From positions 177,444,001-177,508,000 of the forward strand of contig JBNRSN020000012.1 of the NCBI GenBank assembly GCA_051313645.2: a stretch of 64,000 bases of DNA. Direction: 5' to 3'. The notes beneath the pieces were generated by a model. That model saw nothing but the letters and a program-made list of their open reading frames with translations, did not search any database and was not told the DNA's origin. The DNA is from Centroscyllium fabricii (lineage: Eukaryota). Below, piece after piece: positions 13,257 to 25,959 of the stretch. Position numbers and translations under genes: made by a program. Positions within the stretch are counted from its first letter, which is position 1. The number at the start of each line of letters is the position of its first letter.

Positions 13257-13681
13257 CTGTAGAACTGCAAGCACTCAAAAGAATACACAGAGACAGAGCT
13301 AAAGGGAAAACACAACTTTACTCTAAGAATTCAAAACCTGGAAGAGGCAGAACCACGATGTATCAACATATTCAAACTGTCCCGCCGTTGGTGACGTCAT
13401 CACGTCCACCGACGTGGTGACGCAACCGCATCACGTGGGTGATCGAGCTGCGCTCCGCGGAGCCCCGTTGGCGGATTCGTAGTCCCAGCGGGTGTGCCGC
13501 TACACCACACTATTCAAAAAGGGTGGTAGAGAGAAAGCGGGGAATTCCAGAAGGGTAAGCCTGACATCGGTAGTTTGGAAAATGCTAGAGTCCATTAGAA
13601 AGGATGCAATAGCTGAGCACTTGGGAAACAGTGACAGGATCGGATAAAGTCAACATGGATTTACAAAAGGTAAATCATGCT

Positions 13682-16600
13682 TGTGGTAAACCACTGTTTG
13701 TATATAGTTGCCTCTTGCCTGTATGTATACATGCCCGGGCATGCCTGAAGCTGACTTCGCCCCTAGCCTACCTGATATAGGCCCAAGCTCTGGGAGCCTG
13801 GCTCAGTACAAGGAGTCGCCATCAGTCTAAGGATGTTCCAGGGTTCTTAGTGAATAAAAGCCTCAGTTGTATTCTCAACCTCGTCTCGAGTATAATTGAT
13901 CACGCAGTTTTGAGATGGATGCTCTCCTGAAGCTATCCACCCTGGAACTCGACCCGAGCGCACCAGAGGCGCCGAGCAGCTTCTCCCACTGGCTAACCTG
14001 CTTCGAGGGATTCCTGACGACCTCCGCCAGCACTGTCCAGACAGACGTCCAGAAACTCTTGCTTCTGCAGTCACGGCTCCATCACCGGGTGTTTCAACTC
14101 ATCAAGGGAACGACCTCCTACACATCGGCGATGGCCCGCTTCAAGGAGCAGTACGAGCGGCCGACTAACACGGTTTACGCCAGGCACCTCCTGCTGACTC
14201 GCAAGCAACGGCCCGTGGAGAGTTTCGCTGGCTTTGTGCGGGCTCTGACAGAGCTCAGCAGAACCTGCAACTGTGAAACGGCCTCGGCAGATGAGCACAG
14301 GGAGCTGCTAGTCCGGGACGCCATCATCGCAGGCGTACAATTGGACTACACCAAGAAGAGACTGCTGGAACTGGGGAAACTGTCCCTGAAGAAGGCCACA
14401 GACATCGGACTCACACTCGAAGGGGCTGATCGGAGTATGGAGTCGTACGCACACATGGCCACCCCATGGACCTCGCGGGAGCCGCCAGCGTGGAACACGC
14501 CAGGCCCGGAGCCTTACGCCGTGCCACCTTCGCCTCACCCCGTGAACGGCACGACCACCGCGGCGGTGCCCTGGAGCCAGAAGTGCTATTTCTGTGGCCA
14601 AGTGAAACATTCCAGACAGCACTGTCCGGCGAAGGACGCTACGTGCACACGTTGCCAGAAGAAGGGACACCACGCAAGCGTCTGCAAGTCGTCCCCCAGG
14701 CCCAGCAGCGCCGCGTGCGAACCGACCTCGCGGCCATCTTTGACAACCCCCACCATGTGCGACTCATGGGGGCAGCCATATTGGATGCCTGCAGCCACAG
14801 ACCGACCCGGCTCCCCGACTGAATGCGATGAGCCACCAGCCCCGGTACTGGCTTCCGTCACCTTGGACCAGTCCGGGCCCCACCACCTCATAAAGTCGAT
14901 GATGGACGGCTGTGCCACGAACTGCCTGTTTGACTCGGGGAGCACGGCAAGCTTTATCCACCCCGATACGGTGCGACGCCTCTCGCTCTCCACTCGGCCC
15001 ATGCACCAGCGCATCTCCCTCGCATCCAAATCCCAGACCGCGGATGTCGACGGTTACTGCGTGGTAACGCTGTCGGTCAGCGGCGCAGTGTACAAGGATT
15101 TCAAACTCCTGGTCCTACCCAACCTCTGTGCGGCCGTCCTCCTGGGGTTAGACTTCCAAACCCACCTAAATAGCGTTTCGATGGCTTATGGTGGGCCCCT
15201 CCCCCCCCTCACTGTCTGCAGCCAGAAGACCTCAAACCGCCCACCGCGCGCCGTCTGCAGCCTCTTGATCCTCAAGGTCGCCCCTCTCCCACTGTTCGCT
15301 AACCTCACCCCAGACTGTAAACACATAGCCACCAAGAACAGGAGATACAGGGCTGGGGACAGGGCTTTCATCAAGTCCGAGGTACAGTGGCTCCTGCAGG
15401 AGGGGGTGATTGAGGCTAGCACCAGCCCCTGGAGGGCCCAAGTAGTCGTTGTTAAGACCGGTGAAAAGAACCGATTAGTTATCGACTACAGCCAGACCAT
15501 CAACCGCTTTACGCAGTTGGACGCGTACCCACTTCCCCGCATATCTAACATGGTCAATCAGATTGCGCTGTACAAGGTGTTCTCCACCATTGACCTGAGG
15601 TCGGCTTATCACCAACTCCCCATCCGCCCCGCGGTCCGCCGCTATACTGCCTTCGACTCTAATGGCAGCCTCTACCACTTCCTCAGGATCCCCTTCGGGG
15701 TCACCAATGGTGTCTCGGTTTTCCAACGAGATGGACCGTATGGTTGACCAGCACGGGCTGCTGGCCACGTTCCCGTAACTAGACAACATAACCATCTGCG
15801 GCCAGGACCTGCAGGACCATGACGCCAACCTGGCAAAATTCCTTCGCACGGCCCAATTCCTTAACCTCACCTATAACAAGGAGAAATGCATGTTCCGCAC
15901 AACACGCCTTGCTATCCTTGGCTGTGTCATGGAAAACGGGGTCATCGGTCCCGAACCAGAACACATGGCCCCCTCATGGAACTCCCCCATCCCCCATTGC
16001 CAAAAGGCCCTGTGAAGATGCCTGGGCTTCTTCTCCTACTATGCCCAGTGGGTCCCTAACTTTGCGGACAAGGCCCGCCCGCTCCTTAAGTCCACCTCCT
16101 TTCCCCTAACGACGGAGGCCTGTATGGCCTTCGACCGCATCAAACAGGACATCGCAAAGGCCACCATGCATGCGGTGGACGAAACCACCCCATTTCAGGT
16201 GGAGAGCGATGCGTCCGATTTTGCCCTGGCCGCCACCCTTAACCAGGCGGGCAGACCCGTGGCCTTCTTCTCACGAACCCTCCAAGGCCCCGAGACTAGA
16301 CACTCCTCTGTCGAGAAGGAGGCCCAGGCCATAGTGGAAGCTGTGCGCCACTGGAGGCATTACCTGGCCGGTCAACAGTTTACCCTGCTCACTGACCAGC
16401 ACTCAGTTGCTTTTATGTTCAGCAACAAGCAGCGGGGTAATATCAAAAACTACAAGATATTGAGGTGGAGAATTGAGCTCTCCACCTACAACTACGACAT
16501 CTTGTACCGGCCCGGGACGCTCAACGAGCCCCCAGACGCCCTCTCCCGGGGAACATGCACCAGCGCGCAGGTGGATCGACTGCGGTCCCTCCACAATGAC

Positions 16601-19600
16601 CTCTGCCACCCGGGCATCACCCGGTTCTTCCATTTTGTCAAGGCCCGCAACCTGCCCTACTCCATTGAGGAGGTCAGGACCATGACCAGGGACTGCCAGG
16701 TATGCGGCGATTGTAAACCGCACTTTTACAGGCCAGACAGGGCACAACTGATCAAGGCCACCCATCCCTTTGAGCGCCTCAGCATCGATTTCAAGGGACC
16801 CCTCCCCTCCCTCGACCGCAACGTGTATTTCCTCACTATTATTGATGAGTACTCACGTTTCCCCTTCACAATCCCCTGCCCTGACATGACCTCGGGCATG
16901 GTCATCAAGGCCCTGCACAATCTCTTCGCCCTGTTCGGGTTCCCCAGCTATATCCATAGCGACTGGGGTGCCTCATTTATGAGCGACGAGCTGCGACAGT
17001 ACCTGCATGCTAGAGGAGTCGCCACGAGCAGGACCACCAGCTACAACCCCCGGGGAAACGGACAGGTGGAGACGGAGAACGCTACAGTCTGGAAGGCCAC
17101 CCTGCTAGCCCTAAAGTCCAGGGGCCTTCCAGTCTCGCGCTGGCAAGACGTTCTCCCAGATGCACTCCATGCTATCCAATCCCTTCTCTGCACCACCATA
17201 AATGCCACCCCGCATGAAAAAATGTTTGTCTTCCCCAGGAAGTCCACATCGGGGACATCGCTCCCATCTTGGCTGACGTCCCCAGGGGTCGTCTTGCTCC
17301 GGAAACACGTCAGGAGCCATAAGACAGACCCCCTCGTCGAAAGAGTCCTACTCCTCCACGCGAACCCCCAATATGCCTACATTGCGTATTCGAACGGGCG
17401 GGAGGACACCGTATCTATTCGGGACCTCGCCCCCTTGGGTGCCCCCGATGCTGCCGAGCCCCGCCACCCCCCCCTTTTGCAACCCACCACCCCCCGGGAG
17501 GCGCCTACGTCCGATCTTTCTCCTCTAGCCCCTGTACACTGCATGCCGGATACAAGGGCCCAGCCGCCGACCGCCGACTGACCCCGTACGGACAAAGCCG
17601 TGGAACCAGCACCGCAGCCAGAGCCACGATGATCACAGAGGCGTACCAGACCTCCTGAAAGACTCATGTACACTTGACCTTGTCTCACTTCACCCCGCTG
17701 GACTCATTTTTAAAGAAGGGGTGAATGTGGTAAACGACTGTGATGCACAATCAATTACGCCAGTCGATGATTAGATGTAATCAAGGCTTTTATTCACATA
17801 GAACTGGACACAGGTCCGACGATCTTCCAAGCCAAAGTGAGAGCACTCAGGTGTGCTCTCACTTTTATACCCAGTGGGCGGAGCCTGGGGAGGAAGCCGA
17901 GGAGCGGAGTCCTCCCAGGTGAGTCCTCCCTGGCAGGGAGATGGTACGTGCAGTTACAGGGAGGGGACACAAGGGGGAGACATATATATATACAACATAC
18001 AGTGGTTTACAACATTCACCCCCTGTTTAAAAAAATGAAGGCGGGGGTGAGTGATCTTTTAATATATACATGCACAAAGTCAAATATTCAGTCTGTCTGG
18101 CGGTCTGGTCTGCCGAGTCGACTGTCACAGAGCAGGTCTTGGGGTCATTTCCGGGGGTCTTGGGGTCGTTTCCGGGGTCGACGGCCGTGCAGTCTCCAGC
18201 GGTTGTCCGATCTCCGTCTATACGATGTCTTCCGAAGTCGGTGGTGGCGCAGCCGTGGGGGGGTGGGGGTCGTGCATCGGTCTGTCCCGCGTTTCCACTG
18301 TGCCGCCTACTAGAGCTACAAAGGAACCATACGACCACGTCTCGTGAAGGGGAACGGTGGTGGGGGTGGGGTTGGGGATGAGGGCTGGGTAGTTGATGGT
18401 CTCTGGGGCCCCCGAGGGTGCAAGGTCCCTAATGGAGACCGTGTCCTATCGCCCATCTGGGAACCCAACGTAGGTGTACTGGGGGTTGGCGTGGAAGAGC
18501 TGCACCCTCTTGACCAGGGGGTCTGTCTTGTGGGCCCTCACGTGTCTCCGGAGCAAGACAGGCCCGGGGGACGTCAGCCACGTTGGCAGCGAGGTCCCGG
18601 ATGCAGACTTCCTGGGGAAGCAAAACATCCGCTCGTGGGGGGTGGCATTGGTGGCGGTGCAGAGCAGTGACCTGATGGAGTGAAGGGCATCTGGGAGAAC
18701 CTCCTGCCAGCGGGAGGCGGGGAGGCCCCTGGACCGCAGGGCAAGGCTGATGGCCTTCCAGACGGTGCCGTTCTCCCGTTCAACCTGCCCGTTGCCCCGG
18801 GGGTTGTAGCTGGTGGTCCTGCTTGTCGCAATCCCTTTGGACCGCAGGTTCTGGCGCAGCTCGTCACTCATGAACGCTGACCCTCTGTCTGAGTGAATAT
18901 AGTTGGGTAGCCGAACATGGTGAAGATGCTGTGCAGACACCTGATGGTTGTGGCTGTGGTCATGTCGGGGCACACGATTGCGAAGGGGAAGCGTAAGTAC
19001 TCATCAACCACTGTCAGGAAGTACCCGTTCCTGTTGGTGGAAGGGAGGGGGCCCTTGAAATCGACGCTGAGTGGTTCAAAGGGGCGGGTGGCTTTGACCA
19101 AACTGGCTCTGCTAGGCCGGAAAAATTTAGGTTTGCACTCCGCGCAGATGGGGCAGTGCCTGGTGACTTCCCGGACGTCCGAGACGGAGTAGAGCAGGTT
19201 GCGGGACTTCACGAAGTGAAAAAGCCGTGTGACTCCGGGATGGCAGAGGTCATTGTGGATGGCTTGCAGTCTATCCACTTGTGCGCTGGCACAGGTTCCA
19301 CGCGATAGTGTGTCCGAGGGCTCATTGACTTTACCGGGCCGGTACAAGATGTCGTAATTATAGGTGGACAGTTCAATTCTCCACCTTAGGATTTTGTCAT
19401 TTTTTATCTTACCCCGCTGATTGTTTTAAACATGAAAGCCACTGACCGCTGGTCAGTGAGCAGGGTAAATCTTCTACCGGCCAGGTAGTGTCTCCAGTGC
19501 TGCACTGCTTCCACGATGGCCTGGGCCTCCTTCTCCACTGATGAATGCCTGATTTCGGGGCCATGGAGGGTGCGGGAGAAGAAGGCTACCGGCCGACCAG

Positions 19601-22512
19601 ACTGGTTGAGAGTGGCGGCCAGGGCAAAGTCAGAGGCATCACTTTCCACCTGGAACGGGGCGGATTCATCCACAGCGTGCATGGTCGCTTTGGCGATGGC
19701 TGCTCTGATGCTGTTGAAGGCTGCACGAGCCTCGTTCGACAGGGGAAAGGAGGTGGATTTCAGGAGGGGGCGGGCTCTGTCAGCGTACTGGGGGACCCAT
19801 TGGGCATAGTTCGAAAAGAAGCCCAGGCACCTTTTCAGGGCCTTCGGGCTCTGGGGGAGGGGGAGCTCCATGACGGGGCACATGCGTTTGGGGTCCGGGC
19901 CGATGACCCCGTTTGCCACGATGCACCCCGGATGGTGCGGAATACACATTTTTCCTCATTGTAAGTGAGGTTGAGGAGCTTGGCGGTGTGGAGGAATTTG
20001 GCCAGGTTGGCATCGTGGTCCCTCATGTCGTGGCCACAGATTGTCGAGGTAACGGAAGGTAGCCAGCAGCCCGTTTTGGTACAGCATCCGGTCCATCTCC
20101 CGCTGGAAGACTGACACGCCGTTGGTGACCCCGAAAGGGACCCTCAAAAAGTGGTAGAGGCGGCCATTCGCCTCAAAGGCGGTGAAGTGGCGGTCTACAG
20201 GGTGGATGGGGAGCTGATGGTATGCCGACTTAAGGTCAATTGTAGAGAACACCCTGTACTGCGCAATCTCATTGACCATGTCTGAGATGCGAGGCAGGGG
20301 GTATGCGTCCAATTGGGTGAAGCGGTTGATCGTCTGGCTGTAATCGATGACCAGGCGGTGTTTGGTGCCGGTCTTGACAACCTGGGCTCTCCCAGGGCTG
20401 TTGCTGGCCTCGGTGATCCCCTCCTTCAGTAACCGCTGGACCTCAGACTTTTTAAACAGTCTGCCCCCTGTGCTGTAGCGCCTGCTCTTGGTAGCTATGG
20501 GCTTACAGTCGGGGGTGAGGTTAGCAAATAGTGAGGGAGGGGAGACTTTAAGGGTCGAAAGGCTGCAAACGGTGTGGGGTTCGCGCTGCGCGAACTGCTG
20601 GCTACAGACAGTCAACGGGGGGAGGGGACCGCCGTATTTCATGATAACGCTGTCGAGGTGGCTCTGAAAGTCAAGGCCCAGTCGGACGGCAGTGCAGAGG
20701 TGGGGGAGGACTAATAGTTTTAAATGGTTGTACACGGTACCCCACACTTTCAATGTTACTACACAAATCCCACCGACTTCCACCGACATGGCGTTGGAGG
20801 CCATTAGGATCCGCTGGCGCGTGGGGAGTACCATGAAGGAAAGCCTCCGTACAGTGTCCGGGTGTATGAAACTTTCGGTACTCCCCGAATCAAAAACGCA
20901 ATTAACCGTACAGCCGTTTACCTCAATGTCCATTTTCGATCGCGCCAGTTGGTGAGGCCGGGTCTGGTCCAGTGTTATCGATGCGAGCTGCGGGAGCTCC
21001 ATCGTCAGGCGTGGTGATGTCCACTGGTCGCACGCGGCTGAGTAGGCCTCAAGATGGCCGCCCTGTGGGAGAAAACGTGGTGCTGGTCCAAGATGGCTGC
21101 CCCCGTATTCACTGTGTGGAAGGGGGGAGGGTGCAATATGGCCGTCCGATCCAAGAAGGCCGCTGCCACAGTCGCCATGTGGGGTGAGTGCTGGTTGCCC
21201 CAAAATGGCCGCTCTGATGGAGCGCATGCGGCGCTGCTGGAGGGGGATGGTCTGCTCTTACAGATTGCTGCATAGTGTCCCTTTTTCTTGCAGCTGGAGC
21301 ACAGCGCTTCTTTAGCAGGGCAGCGCTGCCTGGGGTGTTTTGACTGTCCACAGAAATAGCACTTCTGGGGTCGGGCCGCTGCCGCGGACGTGAGTGGGGG
21401 CGCAGCGGTGGTCATCTCGCCCGCCCACGAGGTCAGCGCTCGCGCACCATGTTGGTCGTAGGACTCTCTTTGCAAGTGCGCAGCCTCCAGCGATTTTGCC
21501 AGTGCTTCAGCTGCCGCCAGGCCTATGTTACTTTGCTCCAGCAGCCGCTGGCGCGTATAGGATGACCTGAGTCCAGCCACTAGCGCATCCCTAATGATTA
21601 TGTCCTGGTGCTCGTTGGCTGTCAGCGGCCTACAATTGCAGGCGTGCACGAGCGTTCGCAACGCTGCCATATAGTTCATTAAAGACTCACCAGGCTGTTG
21701 TTTCCTGTTTAACAGTAGATGCCTGGTGTAGATCTCGTTCGTTGGTATCGTGAACCGAGCTTTTAGGGCGTCCAGGGCGCTCCTGTAGGTCGTTTCGCCC
21801 TCGATGAAGCTGAAGAGCTCAGGGCTGACCTGAGCCCGCAGGACGTTGAGCTTCCTCTGGTCTGTGTCCACGGTCAGGCGGGATTCCGCGGGGAAGGCTT
21901 CGAAGCAGGACACCCAGTGTGTAAAGGCCCGCTCAGCGCCTGCTGATCGCAGGACGAAGTTGAGTCTTTCGGGCCTCAGGAACTTCTCCATCCTCTTTGT
22001 AAAAAACTATGTGAATAAAATTGATGCACAATCAATTACGCCAGTCGATGATTAGATGTAATCGAGGCTTTTATTCACATGGAACTGGACACAGGTCCGA
22101 CGATCTTCCAAGCCAAAGTGAGAGCACTCAGGTGTGCTCTCACTTTTATACCCAGTGGGCGGAGCCTGGGGAGGAAGCCGAGGAGCGGAGTCCTCCCAGG
22201 CGAGTCCTCCCTGGCAGGGAGACGTTACGTGCAGTTACAGGGAGGGGACACAAGGGGGAGACATATATATACGACATACAGTGGTTTACCACACACTGTT
22301 TGTATATAGTTGCCTCTTGCCTGTATGTATACATGCCCGGGCATGCCTGAAGCTGACTCTGCCCCTAGCCTACCTGATGTAGGCCCAAGCTCTGGGAGCC
22401 TGGCTCAGTACAAGGAGTCGCCAGCCAGTCTAAGGATGTTCCAGGGTTCTGAGTGAATAAAAGCCTCAGTTGTATTCTCAACCTCGTCTCGAGTATAATT
22501 GATTGCGGATCA
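13682..22512 (+). mobile_element. Element B: degenerate Mag-like Gypsy retrotransposon; 3' LTR interrupted by element C
   Basis: 5' LTR 13682-~13900; 3' LTR 17726-17740 plus 22294-22512. TSD ATGCT/GTGCT. Gag with two CCHC knuckles, protease DSGS and RT (13915-15747); RNase H-integrase (16124-17581). Frameshifts and stops present. Confidence 0.92.
17741..22293 (-). mobile_element. Element C: degenerate Mag-like Gypsy retrotransposon inserted in the 3' LTR of B
   Basis: LTRs 17741-18014 and 22022-22293. TSD GACTG/CACTG. Gag 21005-21991, PR-RT 19956-21227, RNase H and integrase fragments 18429-19949. Confidence 0.92.
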
Positions 22513-23767
22513 GTGCTTGACTAACCTACTGGAATTTTTTGAGGATGTAACTGGTAAAATTGATAAGGGAGAACCAGTAGATGTGTTGTATTTGGACTTT
22601 CAAAAGGCTTTCGATAAGGTCCCGCATAAGAGATTAGCATGCAAAGTTAAGGCACATGGGATTGGGGGCAAGTTATTGACTTGGATAGAGAACTGGTTGG
22701 CGGACAGAAAGCAGAGAGTAGGAATTAACGGGTCTTTTTCCAAGTGGCAGGCAGTGACTAGTGGGGTACAGCAGGGATTGGTCCTTGGACCCCAGCTATT
22801 CACAATATATATTAATGATCTAGATAAGGAAACTAGATGTAATATCTCCAAGTTTGCAGACGACACAAAGCTGGGTGGGCGTGTGTGCTGTAAGGAGGAT
22901 GCTGAGAAACTCCAGGATGATTTAGACAGGTTGGGTGATTGGGCATACGTGTGGCAGATGCAATATAACATGGATAAATGCGAGGTTATCCACTTTGGTG
23001 TCAAAAACAGAAAGGCAGACTATTATCTGAATGGCAATAGATTGGGAGGCGGGGAAGTGCAACGAGACCTGGGTGTCCTTGTGCACCAGTCGCTGAAAGT
23101 AAGCATGCAGGTGCAGCAGGCAGTGAAGAAGGCAAATGGTATGTTGGCCTTCATAGCAAAAGGGTTTGAGTACAGGAACAAGGATGTCCTGCTGCAGTTA
23201 TACAGGGCCTTGGTGAGACCACACCTTGAGTACTGTGTACAGTTTTGGTCACCTTATCTGAGGAAGGATGTTCTTGCCATGGAAGGAGTTCAGCAAAGAT
23301 TCACAAGGCTGACACCTGGGATGGCAGGAATGACGCATGAAGAGAGATTGGGTCGATTGGGCTTATACTTGCTGGAGTTCAGAAGAATGAGAGGGGATCT
23401 CATCAAAACTTATAAAATTCTGACAGCTCTGGACACACTAGATGGTCGGAGAGCCCAGAACCAGGGGTCATAGTCTAAGGATAAGGAGTAGGCCATTTCG
23501 GACAGAGATGAAGAAGAATTTCTTCACCCAGAGAGTGGTGAACCTGTGGAATTCTCTGCCACAGAATGTAGTTGAGGTCAAGTAATTAAATATATTCAAG
23601 AAGGAGTTAGATATATTTCTTAGAGCTAAAGGTATCAAGGGATATGGGGAGAAGGCAGGTACGGGGTACTGAGTTTGGATTATCAGCCATGATCTCATCG
23701 AATGGCGGAGCAGGCTCGAGGGGCCGAATGGCCTACTCCTGCTCCTATCTTCTATGTTTCTATGTTT

Positions 23768-23963
23768 GTAGATGGTACACACTGCAGCCACAGTATGCCT
23801 GTGGTGGAGGGAGTGAATGTTTAAGGTGGTGGATGGGGTGCCAAAGAAGCGGGTTGCTTTGTCCTGGATGGTGTCGAGCTTCTTGAGTGTTGTTGGAACT
23901 GCACTCATCCAGGCAAGTGGAGAGTATTCCATCACACTCCTGACTTGTGCCTTGTAGATGGTG
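23768..23963 (-). mobile_element. Upstream continuation of the LINE at 8605-8950
   Basis: Encodes IYKAQVRSVMEYSPLAW...CTIYK, nearly identical to the end of ORF 52593-53672. Confidence 0.85.
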
Positions 23964-24220
23964 TATTTGTAATACACTTGTATTACCTTCTTGTGTGTGA
24001 TGTTTGTGTGCCGATATTATAAAGCTACCATACTTGAGTACAGTACAAGAGCAATCAACGTGCGTGTATGAACATCACTTCTCAGGATTTCTATCCTTCA
24101 TTTCTTCCTACAGGACCAGCTGGATTTACAAACCCAAGCAGTATGTGTGTAGCCGAACTGTCCTGTGTGTGTCCTTTATTATTGCACCCGTAAGCTGAAG
24201 CACCACCTTTCCTGGTTAGT

Positions 24221-24292
24221 TAGTGCCATGGGATCTTTTACGCCCACCTGAGAGGGCAGCCGGGGCCTCGGTTTAACGTCTCATCTGAAAGA
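24221..24292 (-). mobile_element. Deu-domain fragment of a DeuSINE (SacSINE1/AmnSINE1-related)
   Basis: Reverse complement TCTTTCAGATGAGACGTTAAACCGAGGCCCCGGCTGCCCTCTCAGGTGGGCGTAAAAGATCCCATGGCACTA matches the Deu-domain core as I recall it. Confidence 0.8.
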
Positions 24293-25122
24293 TATGCAAT
24301 GTTACTGAGCCTTATATAACAGGAGAGCCCCTGGTGTCTGCTGAGTCAGCTAACATCAGCTGGAGCCGGTGGCATGAGGTGCTATTGTTATTCTTAGTAT
24401 TCCCGGTCACATTTGGGGGGTAGAAAGGAGAGAAATCAGACAGACTTCTTCTGTCAGGTGTGTGCTTGTTGGCATTTGTGTAAGGACAGAACAAGGCTCA
24501 GCTATAAATTTCCATAGGGTCAATGGTCTACTAAAATTCACATCCCAGATTCAAACAGAACATATGTACACTTTGAATGGGGTAGTGGAGGACCATCAGC
24601 CCCCGTGGGACCTCCTACACTGGCCTGTGCAATTGATCAAGAGGGGAGGGCTGGAGAAGGGAGTGAGATGTGATGCAATACATTCCCACCATTGATGTGT
24701 GGATAGGATCTGCTAAACCAGCATTCTTTTCGGTTTCTGTCAGACTTGCTGCTCCCTGCAACTGGAAAGTCAGTTGAGGACCAGTCAGAGAGATGAGGAT
24801 AACATTTTAAAAATGATATTTTTAAGGCAACTTCTTTTTATTGTGTGCTGAATTAAGCAAAGTTGTCTCTCTGATGTCTAAGTGAAAGAAGGGCGTTAAA
24901 TCTTCATACTTTTAGGACAGTTTCTCAGCACAGCGTTAGTGAGTGCGCTAACTTGTGGTAAGTTGGCGATTGATGAGTCTGTGTGGCCTTTGTTCATCCT
25001 GAGGCCTCGTGGCATGATCTAACTAAGTGACTCAATGAACAGTCAGAAAATATGGGCTTGTTTCTAGACTGACCAGCAAGTTAAGTGACCCCCTCTCTCT
25101 CTTTCTCTCTCTCTTTCTCCAG

Positions 25123-25278
25123 CTTGCCATTCTGGAACGTTTAAGGCAAACCAAGGCAGTGAACTGTGCACCCCCTGCCCCACCAACAGCAGGTCCTTGA
25201 ATGAGGCGTCCAGTGTGTGTTCCTGTCGCAATGGATATTATAGAGCAGACTTTGATTCGCCCAACATGCCTTGTACAA
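25123..25278 (+). CDS. Internal exon of an EphB-class receptor tyrosine kinase (EPHB1/EPHB2-like), cysteine-rich/EGF-like region (exon 4 equivalent)
   Basis: Polypyrimidine tract plus AG (25121-22); 156 nt, phase 1-1; donor GTGAGT (25279). Translates (A)CHSGTFKANQGSELCTPCPTNSRSLNEASSVCSCRNGYYRADFDSPNMPCT, the Eph Cys pattern preceding the first FN3 domain. Paralog not resolved. Not in the ORF track. Confidence 0.93.
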
Positions 25279-25786
25279 GTGAGTAGAGACCTGGCAGCAT
25301 GTTTAAGGAATGCAGCGATGCTTAAGCACTCAGATCAGTGCTTATCGAGCGCCGCGGTTATCTGCCTCTTTATTAAGGATTAGGGTTGTCACAGCCTAGG
25401 TACTATGACAAGTAAATGCAACTAAACAGATTCAGTTTCTTTAAAAAAAGTAATAATTGAGTTGTTGACTTCACCATTTTCGGGATCCCTGAGTGAAAGT
25501 GAGGAGCAGCACATTTGCTCGAGGATCAATGAAGAAAGTGGGCCTGCTGCGCTCATGCTCACAGTGTTGTCATACTACATCAAACTTGAACTGTTAACAC
25601 ACCTGAAAGGGCAGTTATAGATTTTACAGCATTTTGAACTGTGTAACATTTGGGTGGAAGGTTGGTTGGCTGGAGGTATGTCGCTGGCGGTAGACTGGTT
25701 TCAGTGTGATTTCATTGCAGTGTATTAACATCTGGGTGTTAAATGAACCTCGTGGCAACACTTACGTAATGCCATTCGGTTAAAAT

Positions 25787-25892
25787 TCCCCAGCTGCCAT
25801 GGTGGGATTTGAACTCATGTTTCCCATGGATCATTAGTCCAGGCCTGCTGGATTAATAGTCCAGTAACATAACAACTGTGCTACCATAGCCC
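25787..25892 (-). mobile_element. tRNA-derived SINE head fragment
   Basis: Reverse complement has A-box-like TGGTAGCACAGTTG and B-box GAGTTCAAATCCC followed by ACCATGGCAGCTG. Confidence 0.65.
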
Positions 25893-25959
25893 AGTGGATG
25901 ATGATGATAGTGTTGATGATGATGGCTTTCCAGGCACATTGATGTGCTTACATGAATTG

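Larger units (their letters stand above)
9081..13504 (-). mobile_element. Element A: full-length intact Gypsy LTR retrotransposon, CsRN1-like
   Basis: LTRs 9081-9330 and 13258-13504 (TG...CA), identical except a 3-nt A-run indel. 4-bp TSD CCAC. PBS TGGTGACCCCGAC; PPT GGGGGGAG just inside the 3' LTR. Single uninterrupted ORF. Confidence 0.95.
8951..23767 (+). mobile_element. CR1 LINE split into three pieces (8951-9080, 13505-13681, 22513-23767) by Gypsy insertions
   Basis: Pieces are colinear with the CR1 at 54285-55042 (WRVANVT / [10 protein letters not shown] / [12 protein letters not shown]...FADD). 3' tail TCTATGTTTCTATGTT near 23750-23767. Confidence 0.9.

Noticed and set aside
13196-13315. 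N-terminal 40 aa of the 1313-aa ORF call
   Set aside because: Begins at a non-ATG codon within the LTR and crosses the PBS; the first ATG at 13195 is the plausible start.
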